DNA of 64,000 nt from Octopus vulgaris (taxonomy: Eukaryota). The DNA is taken from contig OX597818.1 of assembly GCA_951406725.2 (NCBI GenBank), forward strand, positions 14,322,001-14,386,000, read 5' to 3'. The position numbers and the translations under genes are program-made. Every line of letters begins with the position of its first letter. Position 1 is the stretch's first letter. The notes under the pieces were generated by a model, which had not been told where the DNA came from, did no database searches, and saw only the letters and a program-made list of their open reading frames with translations. This document shows positions 14,210 to 25,860 of the stretch, piece by piece.

Positions 14210-14724
14210 AATTATAGAAATTATTATTACCAGTGGTCAATAGATTATATATTAGTCACATAAAAATATCGTGTACATTAGCACACATTAAGAGGCTTCC
14301 AAATAGGAAAGCCTTGTGCTAGAAAGAGCAGTAGAAAACTCAAACCACTAATTATAGATAAATTCTCGAAAGGATTGAAAATTAAAAACGTTTACGATTG
14401 TGAATCTAGTTGCGTGTATATTTGAAATCTAAAGGCTTCCTACTGATGAAACTAGCCTCAGAGAATTTTTTTTACTGGAATGAGTTAGAAACCATGGTCT
14501 GGGAACTAAATTAGATGGTAAACGTTTTTAATTTCCAATCCTTTCGAGAATTTATCCATAATTAGTGGTTTGAGTTTTCTATTGCTCTTTCTAGCACAAG
14601 GCTTTCCTGCTCTTAATGTGCCTCTTAATGTGTTCTAATGTACACGATATTTTTATGTGAATAATATATAGTCTATTGACTATTTTTTTGTGCTAGGCCA
14701 CTGGTAATAATAATTTCTATAATT
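14210..14724. repeat. Long imperfect inverted repeat (arms ~14210-14411 and ~14504-14724), probable inverted Penelope pseudo-LTR
   Basis: Arms are reverse complements, e.g. AAAGCCTTGTGCTAGAAAGAGCA / TGCTCTTTCTAGCACAAGGCTTT. An HHR motif lies in the spacer. Confidence 0.9.
14437..14505 (+). ncRNA. Type-I hammerhead ribozyme motif
   Basis: TTCCTA-CTGATGA-aact...agtta-GAAA-CCATGG-TC-TGGGAA. Stem I is TTCCTA/TGGGAA, the core is intact, stem III is the palindrome ACCATGGT and the cleavage triplet is GUC. Confidence 0.8.
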
Positions 14725-14779
14725 AACTTTTATTAAACATCGATAAAATAAATAACACTCAATGACAATATAATCATTA

Positions 14780-15420
14780 GTACCCTGTCAAAATAATCTG
14801 TTCTTTGGTTTATGATTACATCCGTTCAGAATCCTGTACCATGTAACCGAAAATTTAACCAGAGGCTTTTGTTCTGATATCATTTGATATACCATGACTT
14901 GGTGCTTATCTCCAAGAAGTTTTGTATTCTCTCAGAAATGTCAAATATTCTCAGGACTTAACATTTTATAGTTCAGCAATGGGGAAACTATATGAATTTC
15001 TCCATTCTAAGAGGAAATCGAAAATGTAATGGTTCCTTCCTTGTTATTGGCCTAAAAATCTATCACCTATTTTCAAATAGCTTATTCTTCATTTATTCCT
15101 TTTTTCAGTAAGTTCCATTTCCATGAAATATATTTTGTCTATATTATAATTTTTAGAGTTGAAGAACAATAAATATTTAGTTGCTTCCTTCAAATATCTT
15201 TGTTTATTCTCTCTGCATAAGAAAAATTCTCCCGCTGAATATCCCATGGGTTTAGATCTAGAGTAAGATATTTTGTTAAGACTATTTATTGATTTTATTC
15301 CTTTTAGTTTCCTATTATTACTTTCATTTATCAAATCATTTTTGTGATACTTTTGTTTAGATTCCTAATCCCATCCGTAATAGTTGAATTTAGTTTGGGT
15401 TTCAATCTTTCTTGTCCAAA
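14780..15420 (-). mobile_element. Highly decayed Penelope-like C-terminal remnant
   Basis: NKISYS motif in ORF 15089-15334 and a VMVYQ-like segment, adjacent to the HHR-bearing inverted repeat. Confidence 0.4.
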
Positions 15421-16338
15421 TTACTGAATAGCATTTCAAGGAATTCATTTTTAGTTCCCTAACATAATATTAATGTAACAAACTCACACAGTGGTGTTGT
15501 TTGAGCCTAGTTAGAAGACAGTGCAACATTTGTTCTAGATGATTCTGCTTGAAGTTCAAATTCAGTCGAGGCAGACAAAGTTTTTCATCTCTTTATGGGA
15601 TGAAGCAAGAAAGAAGCATTCGCATTGCAACTCCAATAATCCTTTCAGCATCAATCAGCATTATTGAAAAAGAAATTAAAAATACGCAGTTTCCTTTCTT
15701 AAGCATGCTATTTTTTTAACATTTATAGCCAATATTTTCACCAACTTCAGCTTTACTAAAAGTTTGTTTCCCTTTTGCTACTTTTATTATATACATTCAT
15801 CTACATATTTATTTCCTTTGTAATTCTTCAACTGATCTTTAGTTATTTTCCCCCAAATTGAGGCAATTTGAGAGATTGTTTTTCAGTTCCTTTACTCGGT
15901 GAGAGGAAAACGTTTCCCACCATAGATATCTTTTTTACTATACAATAGTTAAATCTATGTATTCAACCCAAATAGTATAGTAGATTATTGATATAGCAAT
16001 GCTCTTTGTTTTTTACTGTTTTGTATCACGAAGTATCAAGCTTCTATTTCGCACTTTCTTGTTTAAGCAGAGAAAATACATTTGTCTGGTACATTATCAT
16101 ATTCATAATATTCAATCTTTGCTGCAGTTGTGCCCCTTGATTTGATTTGTTGATTTTAATTCGGTGTATTCCTTTAATTGCAATTATTTTATGTTTTGTT
16201 TATGTTCGTGATCTTTAGATATTTCTAATAACGCTTTCAAATAAACTCACTCACACACAGACACACACACATATCTATCTATCTGTCTGTCTGTCTGTCT
16301 ATTTATCTATCTATCATCTATCTATCTATCTATCTATC

Positions 16339-16382
<44 letters not shown>

Positions 16383-16404
16383 ATGTTACATTACTCGGTA
16401 GTCA

Positions 16405-16467
16405 AGATAAAACTCTGAGTTTCAGATGCCGAAGTGGAAATCCACAACACCATCTCATCGGTTATCT
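16405..16467 (-). ncRNA. Hammerhead ribozyme motif (inverted copy of 16588-16650)
   Basis: Exact reverse complement of the plus-strand motif. Confidence 0.7.
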
Positions 16468-16587
16468 GGCTATTTGAAAACGTTATGAAAAAATATACCG
16501 TTAAAATATACCGTTAAAAATGAAGGGAAATTACTCTGTTCCCTTCATTTTTAACGGTATATTTTTTCATAACGTTTTCAAATAGCC

Positions 16588-16650
16588 AGATAACCGATGA
16601 GATGGTGTTGTGGATTTCCACTTCGGCATCTGAAACTCAGAGTTTTATCT
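16588..16650 (+). ncRNA. Type-I hammerhead ribozyme motif with U4-to-C core variant
   Basis: AGATAA-CCGATGA-GATG..GTGG.ATTT.CCAC..CATCT-GAAA-CTCAGAG-TT-TTATCT. Stem I is AGATAA/TTATCT (6 bp); stem III is the near-palindrome ACTCAGAGT. Confidence 0.7.
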
Positions 16651-16746
16651 TGACTACCGAGTAATGTAACATATTGTATAGATAAATTTCCTCTATTTAC
16701 ATAATATTGAGGTCTCTTTCTTTCTTTTGTTATCTTACCGTTTTAT

Positions 16747-16778
<32 letters not shown>

Positions 16779-16781
<3 letters not shown>

Positions 16782-16894
16782 CTGCTCGCTTAGTCAGCGG
16801 GGTGGCGTCATTCGAAGGCTAAAACAATGCGAACGCATTGTGACTAGCGATGTGTAACAACATCTGATGGTCTGGTCGGTCACGTGATCACGTG

Positions 16895-16896
<2 letters not shown>
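16779..16896 (+). mobile_element. Short GC-rich interspersed-repeat (SINE-like) 3' fragment in (TA)n
   Basis: GC-rich island between TA tracts, ending in a CACGTGAT tandem tail. Confidence 0.4.
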
Positions 16897-16938
<42 letters not shown>

Positions 16939-17002
16939 GGACACAAATATATATACATACATATACATGTATGTGGTTACATATATTATATATATATAAA
17001 TG

Positions 17003-17114
<112 letters not shown>

Positions 17115-18830
17115 TAAAGGATTATTAATGGAAATATTTTGTGTAGTATTCTTGTAATTTGAGAAGACATCTGCTTCCATATGTCTGAGGTAAACAAGAT
17201 CATTTCGTGACGACCTTTGGTTGATCTTTTCTGTAAATCCTCTTTATTTCCATTACTTTATCTAGTTTTACTAATGTACTTAATGCCAGCTGATAATATT
17301 ATAATTAAAAGTTTTTGCTATAACAGCTAGAGTATTGAAACTTATTACTTTATTCCTAACATCATGTTCGCTTATTAAACTAATGTTTTTATAACATTCT
17401 CTGGCAACATTTTCTTTCAAAAGCATGCACACTGTCTAATTCTTTAATTCCAGTCTATCTTCCTTGTCAGACTTATCAGTAATTTTGTTATGTCTGTTAA
17501 TTTATCTAACATAATATTACTGATTTTTTTTCCTATCTTCGAACTTGCTATCTCGAATGGAATTCTATGTAAATTTCTTTAAAGAATCACTGTAAATTAT
17601 GCATCAATGTTTCAAATACTGTTTTACCACAACGTTGTATTCGATAAGACCATCCGTACACAAAAGATGGTTGTTTGCTCGATCTTAATGTTCTTTGCAT
17701 GTAACTGAAATATTTCAATACCAAGCAGAAAGAATAGACAGGAAGAAATCCCTTGTTACAATATTCCATAATATAGGTGTTCAATTTCACATCCGTATAC
17801 TATTTATGACGTGGCTGCATATAACATTAATCCTTGAATACTTTCTTAAAAACCATACATACGTGCATATATATATGTATACACACACACACACACACAC
17901 ACAAGTCTGTGTATGTGCCTGTTTGTATTTTCGGGCCTATATCATACGTTAAGTGCGTGTGCACGTGGGCGTAAACATACAGCAGCTATGTTGGAGATAA
18001 CATTCCGATTCAGTCATTGAACATCTTCAACTAATATAACAAAGAAAAGACAACAACAAAACAACCACAACAGCATCAAAACAACTGAATATTCGAATGT
18101 ACTAGATACCATCATACGTTAATCCGCTCTGGTTGATCATTAGCAATCTATAAAACAGAACGAATGCCATAGTTGTGAAAATTCAAATGTAATTTTAAAC
18201 ATGTTTACGAGGTCTAGTATACAAGATATCGAAATTGAATGTAATGTACAAACAACTCGTCATATAATATTCAGCCATGTAGAATTAGCATCAAAGAATG
18301 CTATTATTGTTTTAAGTGATATTATCCTCAGATGGCTAAAATCTTGATAGAAATAATTTTTGATCAAACTTTTAAAGGCTAAAATGCATTAAAAAATGTC
18401 AAATCCTTATACTATAAGAATGCTTCAGTTACAACTCGTTATAAAAATACGGTGCTTTGTAAAGGAATAAAAAATGCTAAATAATTTTAAAAAACCGCAA
18501 TAATCATTCTCTCAGTTCGACTGGAATATGTGTGGCTAAATATAACGTATTGTTGAGCGTATCAATCTTTCCTAAGAATGCTGGTGAATTAAAGAACCTC
18601 CATGCTTGTACTTTTAAGAAGTTTAGAGTCGTAGACTTGCAAATGTTTGAACCTGTGTTGAATTTATGTAGTCGTTATCTACACATAATGAATAGGAATA
18701 TTTTCTTCACTCTCAAGCTGAGATAGTATAGATGCAGGTGGTTACCAAACCACAAATAGTTTTGAGAATTGAATCCTGTAGGTATACGTGTGTTTGTCTG
18801 GGTACAAATGTAAGTGTGCGAAATTGTGTT

Positions 18831-18868
<38 letters not shown>

Positions 18869-18886
18869 TGTGTGTGTGTGCGTGTA

Positions 18887-19756
18887 CGAGGAGTTACACA
18901 AAGGTAACCAGAAACGTTCTCTGTGAGACAATCCCGTTCGTGTCAGGTATCCACTGCTACCCTCAGGCATCAGTCTGCCGACTAGCGTTTTCTGCTGAAG
19001 TTGTTCTGCTACATGATGCATTTTGTTTTGCAGTGCTTCTCCCGTGTTCGTTGATTTTTCTGATGGCTGAAACGAAGAAACATCGTGCTTCCATGAAATT
19101 CCTTTTTTTGCTGTGAAAACGATGGTCGAAACAGTTCTCATGCTTCAAACAGTTTACAAGGACGCTTCCTTTAGCAAAACGCAAATTAACGAAGGCTTTT
19201 CACGCTTTAGGAATGGTCACATGTCGCTGGAAGAACAACCTTGTTGGGTGGCGACCGTCAGAATGCACGAATGAAAACATCACGAAAATCCATGAACTGA
19301 TCTTGGAGGATCGTCGTCGAACAATTGATGAGCTTGTTTATATGACTGGTGTGTCCTGGAACTCCTGCCAACGAATTTTGATCGACGATTTGCGATTGAA
19401 AAGAGTTACAGCAAAATTTGTACCTCGCTTTCTCACGGAAGATCATAAGCAGTCACGACTGAATGCGTAATCTCGCTGGCCCACCCACCCTATTCACCCG
19501 ATATTGCTCTCTGCGATGTATTTTAAACCCTCAATGAAAAGATTATTAAAGGTAAACGTTTTGCAAATGTGGAAGAGACGAAGAAAAAATGACGGAGGCC
19601 TTAAAGGGCATCACTTCACAGAGTTCCAAGTCCGCATCGAACAGAGGAAAATGTGTCTGGGCCGATACATTGATTCAAATGGAAAAGCGATACAATTGTT
19701 AACAGGGAAACTAAGTGAATAAAATAACATTGTAATTCCTTTTAGGTACACTCTCG
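18887..19756 (+). mobile_element. Internally deleted mariner transposon
   Basis: TA|CGAGGAGTTACAC...GTACACTCTCG|TA imperfect TIRs. Encodes the HTH region (IHELILEDRRRTIDEL, AKFVPRFLT) and HPPYSPDIA. Confidence 0.85.
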
Positions 19757-19763
19757 TATATAT

Positions 19764-19826
<63 letters not shown>

Positions 19827-20905
19827 CATATATATACTGACACATATCCTTACATACATGTATGTAAGTATATATGTATGTGTGTATTTAAGAACAGTTT
19901 GATTTTCAAGTTGTTTGCTTGAGTTTAAATATAAGATCCTTTACAAGAGGTTTTTGGAAAGTCCACGTTTTCATTTTTGACTACTATGGCTGCTGTATAG
20001 ATACGTTGATTAATCTAATATATACTGATATTTATGTCTGGTTTCTGCACGTCGATGGTAGGTCCGTTTGCTTTTTTACTGCACTTCTTATTTCATTATT
20101 TTCTTTCCTTGAATAAGTATTTCATCTGTTCAAACGAAAATACTTTATTGATTCCTTATATATATATATATCCATCTCGATATTGCTCATATTCAACATC
20201 TCCAGCCCCATTCTTTCATCTCGTAAGTCTTATATTCAATTATTCATATATATTTTTTTATCTAGTTCATGCTTGGATTTTAAAAATCGATATCCAGAAG
20301 GTACATTGGATATTAATATGACTGTTATACATTTTTGATATTTTAGTTTCACTATATATAATTGCTTTATATTCTCGCTATTTAGTTTTAGTGTTCTTTT
20401 TTTCTTTGCATATATTGTTTATTCCTTCTGTGTATTCTCTGTACGCATTATTTATTCCAAGTGTTCTACATGTATGTTTCGGTGCTTTCTGAATTGGGGT
20501 ATATATTTCATTAAATTATTTAGTATGTCGAGTTCATATCCTACGATATCGACATTGGCTTTTATACAGGTGATGGCAATAAAATAATAATCAGTAGGGC
20601 TCAGTAAAGTAATCTCTAACAAATTGCGTAGGTATATATAAAAAATTGACCATACTACTCGTCAAATGCGTATGGTTTTCTGCCAAAACAGGAAATCTTT
20701 ATTATTTAGCCTCGGCTCTTTGCATTTGATGGTGCACACTCGTAGCCTGACGCTCTGAGATTCGCAAAAATTCCTAAGCTGTGGTCATCTTTTGCCTGCC
20801 GCACACTTATTAAACATGCTTCTTTTGAATGCATTACTTTCCTGGGCCATACGTTGATGAAGACCGGATGTGCGGTTTCTGAAATATTGTAAAGCTTTCA
20901 TAGAT

Positions 20906-21078
20906 TTCAAATTCCGCCGAGGTAGTCTTTGCCTTTCATCCTTTCGCGGTCGAAAAATTAATTGGTAGTGAAACACTGGGGTCGATGTACCCGACTCATC
21001 CCCCCGCCATAAAAGGCTGCCCTTGTGGCAAAATTTGAAACCATTATTATTATTATCATCATCATCATCATCATCATT
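20906..21078 (+). mobile_element. tRNA-SINE body/3' fragment with (ATT/ATC)n tail
   Basis: TTCAAATTCCGCCGAGG (B-box-like) followed by GCCTTTCATCCTTTCG.GGTCGA. Related fragments occur near 15550 and 45670. Confidence 0.6.
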
Positions 21079-21079
21079 A

Positions 21080-22050
21080 ATAGGTCCTGGTAATTTGCTT
21101 TTTTTTTCTATACTTCTCGTATTGAATTTTCCATAATTTGGAACAGTAAAGCCAGTTATCTGGTACTTACTATTCTCTTTATCTACTACTTCCAAATCAA
21201 GACCTCGAGCTTCTATTACTCTGCCAGTCTGAAAATAATTCAGTACCTTGTAAGGATTTTACGGAACTTTCCATCAATATTCTGCGTGTCAGTGTGACTC
21301 CACTTAATGATACCGAAGATATATGTGGTTACTGGTATGGTCAATGAATTGATCGCATTAATTCTATTAACAGCATCTGATTCTGCATTTAGGACCATTC
21401 TTACCTTTCAGATTTTCTCTTTCATTTTAGAGTGCTGGATACCATCACTTTCTTTGGTTCCCAAATATTTGTAGATTTCGGATTGGTCTAGGTTTTCTGC
21501 CTTTATGAACTTCCCTGACTTGAAAGTAACCTTTGCACGAATTTCATACCTAGATCAAAGCTGAATTCTTTGACAACATTCTGGAGCAATTCTAATTATC
21601 TGTCGCTTTTGGCAAACAGTTTTAGATCATCCATATAAAGTAGATGATTAATTTTCTGGTCAAAGATCTTATACTCTCTCTTAGCATTATTCGGTTGCGT
21701 GAATCATGTGAACAGAGCGAGGCAGAACAGTAATGGTTATAATGAGTTACCTTGGAAGATACCAGAGGCGATGGATGTTGAGGTGGTATATCCTTGTGTA
21801 CTGTTTAAAATGAGGGTGGTTTTCCATGAATTCATGATTACTTTTAAAAATTTGACTGTTGTTGGAGATATCTTGTAAATTTCCAAGGCCTTGATGATCC
21901 ATGGATGCGGGACACTGTCAAAAGCCTTCCTGCAATCTATCCAAGCGATGCTAAGGTTTCTGTGCTTCGATTTTCAATTTTCAATGACCATTTAATGAAT
22001 CAGTAATTGGTCCTTACATCCATATAAACTCATCTTTTCCTGCCGAGGAG
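21080..22050 (-). mobile_element. Dong/R4-type RLE LINE fragments (RT and endonuclease, decayed)
   Basis: GCKDQLL, LSIAWIDCRKAFDSVPHPWI, GIFQGNSL and INHLLYMDDLKLFAK, then VIEARGLDLEVVDKEN. Confidence 0.85.
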
Positions 22051-22189
22051 AGAATTAATTTTGAGAAAATTTTAATTAGTTCATGTCATGACCTGCTGCT
22101 TGGAAGATGTCAAAAGGCAGGCCGACTAGAATTCATGTACCAGATATTGAATTGACAGCTAGAGACGGAGCTGTGAGACGTGATTGAGC

Positions 22190-22886
22190 CCAACGCTCCG
22201 ATTACCACTGGTATCACTTTTTCATTACTCCCTGGCATTACAGTCATGTCATTTCCACTTTCAATTCTGAGTGCTTAGTAATTTTTCAACCTCTTTATTC
22301 ACAACATTCATGTCATTTGGTATGGCTACATCAATGATCTGACAGTAATTGTCCCTTTTATTCGATATGCCAATATCTGGCCGGCAGTGTTCGATTGCAC
22401 GATCTGTCTGAAAACCATAGTCCCAAAGTACTTTTCCATCTTCCTGCATTATTGGTACTTTATTTGGTACATGCTTATACCAATTCTCTGTTACTCCATA
22501 TTGGTATTTACGGCATAAGAGTCAATGAAGATACACACACTTTATCGTTGCGACGTTTTGTATTCTTTTTGTGTAAGACTCTCACATCCACTTACCAAGT
22601 CGATCACATTTTCCACACGCTTTCCACAGTGTCTGCATTTCTGGATGTCAGAAGTTTTATAGATGTTATACTTCACTGGATTAGTAACGAGAGCATGGCC
22701 TTGTACAACAGTGATCAAGCTTTCAGTGGCACGCTTCAAATTATCTCGCTGAAGCCATGCCCACGATGCTGTATTATACTTAACGTCCTGTGTATTCCTT
22801 TCAAACGGTCCATGCATTCTCATTTCAAGAAGGTCTTCTTTCCTCTTCCCCTCAGCTCTTTGGTTAAACTCTGCCTTGCCCATCAT
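22190..22886 (-). mobile_element. Dong/R4-type RLE domain fragment
   Basis: MHG, TESLITVVQGHAL, CRHCGKRVENV..LVSGC, LWDYGFQTDRAIEHCRPDI and IIDVAIP. Confidence 0.85.
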
Positions 22887-22888
22887 TT

Positions 22889-23170
<282 letters not shown>

Positions 23171-23909
23171 GCACAAATGATAATTGCTAGAATTGAAACA
23201 GCTGTTGTTGCGTCGCGCCTTTGCTTTCAATACAACAAAAACACATAATTGTCAGCTGTACCTTTCAGGCGTCTGCCGCTCGATAAGATAAACTATCCCT
23301 CAAATGCAAGGATTATTTGATTTTAGTATTCCATCTCTTAAACAGATTATGAGTTTGTCAGTATAAACTAATATTGCTATTATTAGTAAACAAATATATA
23401 GTCCTACCGTATTTGCATGTATAATTTGCGCTAAAATATAATGAGATTTGTTTTGCGATTAAACAAAACTATATTCACAAAGTTTAACAGTGACATTTAG
23501 GGAAGACTTTATCTCTTATTTTTGATAATCTGAATATTATTTAATTCATAGGGAATTTAATCCATTCTGATATTTTAAAATGAAAATATTAAAAATGAAT
23601 TCAGATTATCTAACAATCTGAGATGATTAGGTACTGCTTACAGTCGTTGTGATGGTTTTTTTCTTTTTAATTACTACAAAAGAATGTCACACATATAGCA
23701 ACATATAGCAACTGACAAGACAAAAGCAGAACATATGTGGATGAATATAGATGCTTCAAATTCCTTCAAACGTTTGGTTGAATATTTTTAAAAAGAATAA
23801 TACTGTTTATTCTTTTACTCTTATATTATTTCACTCATCTGGCTGCGGCCATGCTGGAGCACCACCTTATGGCGTTTTAGTTGAACAAATCGCCCCCTAG
23901 ACTTATGCT

Positions 23910-24500
<591 letters not shown>

Positions 24501-24544
24501 CATTATTATTATTATTATCATTATTATTATTATTATTATTATTA

Positions 24545-25346
24545 TATGTTTGACTTTTGCTTTATATTTGTATAAGTTGGCTCCAAGTCTCGCCCAGAGA
24601 CCTCGAGAGACAACAGGTTGGAAGTTCGTATTGCTGTTATGCCTAGTGTGCCATATATTTGGTTTTGTATTTAGTGTTGTACTAGTGAATGTCTGAAAAA
24701 AAATTGTCTGTTTTAAAACTTGAGATTACATAGAAAGTATTTTGAGTAGGATATGAGCAGTTCCCATGAGCACTATCTTTTGAATTTCTGCCATTTTGGC
24801 GTTTCCTGGTATCTGAGTTAGGTAGCGGTCAGCCCCTTTTGCTATCATTCTCAGGGTACCTATGACAACAAGTATTGTTTTAGTCTTCAGGTTCCATTTT
24901 ACTGATTTCTATTTCAAGATCTTTATACGTTTATATCGATTGGGACACTCATATCAATGAAGAGGCATGTTCTTTGTTTGAAGTCTTTCAATATGATGTC
25001 TGGCCTATTTGCATCTATCTTTCTGACAGTTTGAATGGTGAAGTTCCAGAGGAGTGAGATGTGGTCATTTTCAAGCACTGGAGTTGGTTTGTGTTCCCAC
25101 CAGTTTTTTCATGGGGCAAATCCAGGTTTTTGCAGATTACCCAGTGAATATATTGTGCAGCTCTATCATGCCTGTTGAGATACTATGTAGGCGCTAGAAG
25201 ACTGCACTTGGAGACAACATGATCAATGGTTTCATTTTGTTGTTGACATACACGACATGTTGGGTTACTACCGTTCTTCAATATGTTGGCCTGGTAGTTC
25301 CTTGTTGGTAGGCATTGATCTTGAGATATGTTGGCCTGGTAGTTCC

Positions 25347-25350
<4 letters not shown>
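24545..25350 (-). mobile_element. 5'-truncated Dong/R4-type LINE (RLE domain plus 3' UTR) between (TAA)n tracts
   Basis: QDQCLPTRNY, CRVCQQQNETIDHVVSKC, RHD, NRPDII and LLMGTAHIL-type motifs. (TTA)n lies on both flanks on the plus strand. Confidence 0.9.
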
Positions 25351-25406
<56 letters not shown>

Positions 25407-25734
25407 CATTATTATTATTATTATCAACATCATAATCATCATCATAATCATCACTTTCATTATTATGAGCTGGCAAAATTCTTTCCGCGCTAGATGAAAT
25501 GCTTTCCGAAACTTCTTATGGTTTAATACTCTGACCCTACAAGCAACCGGAGTCAATTCTGCCATTCAATTTTCTGGGGCCGATAAATGATGACATGCAT
25601 CCATACATTCAAACATACACACACACACACAAGTGTTTGATAGATTACTGGAACACTTTAGGCTACCTGTTGTCAAGCGTAGTAGGAGTTTATTTCTAGT
25701 GGATCTACTTCAGGAATACCGCAATCTTAGTTGA

Positions 25735-25805
<71 letters not shown>

Positions 25806-25860
25806 TGATGATGATGATGATAATAATAATAATAATAATAATAATGATAATAATAATAAT

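Larger units (their letters stand above)
16375..16680. repeat. Near-perfect palindrome (arms ~140-155 bp, 9-nt loop) next to (TA)n; probable inverted Penelope pseudo-LTR
   Basis: 16375-16529 is the reverse complement of 16539-16680, except for a 14-bp duplication in the left arm. Confidence 0.95.
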
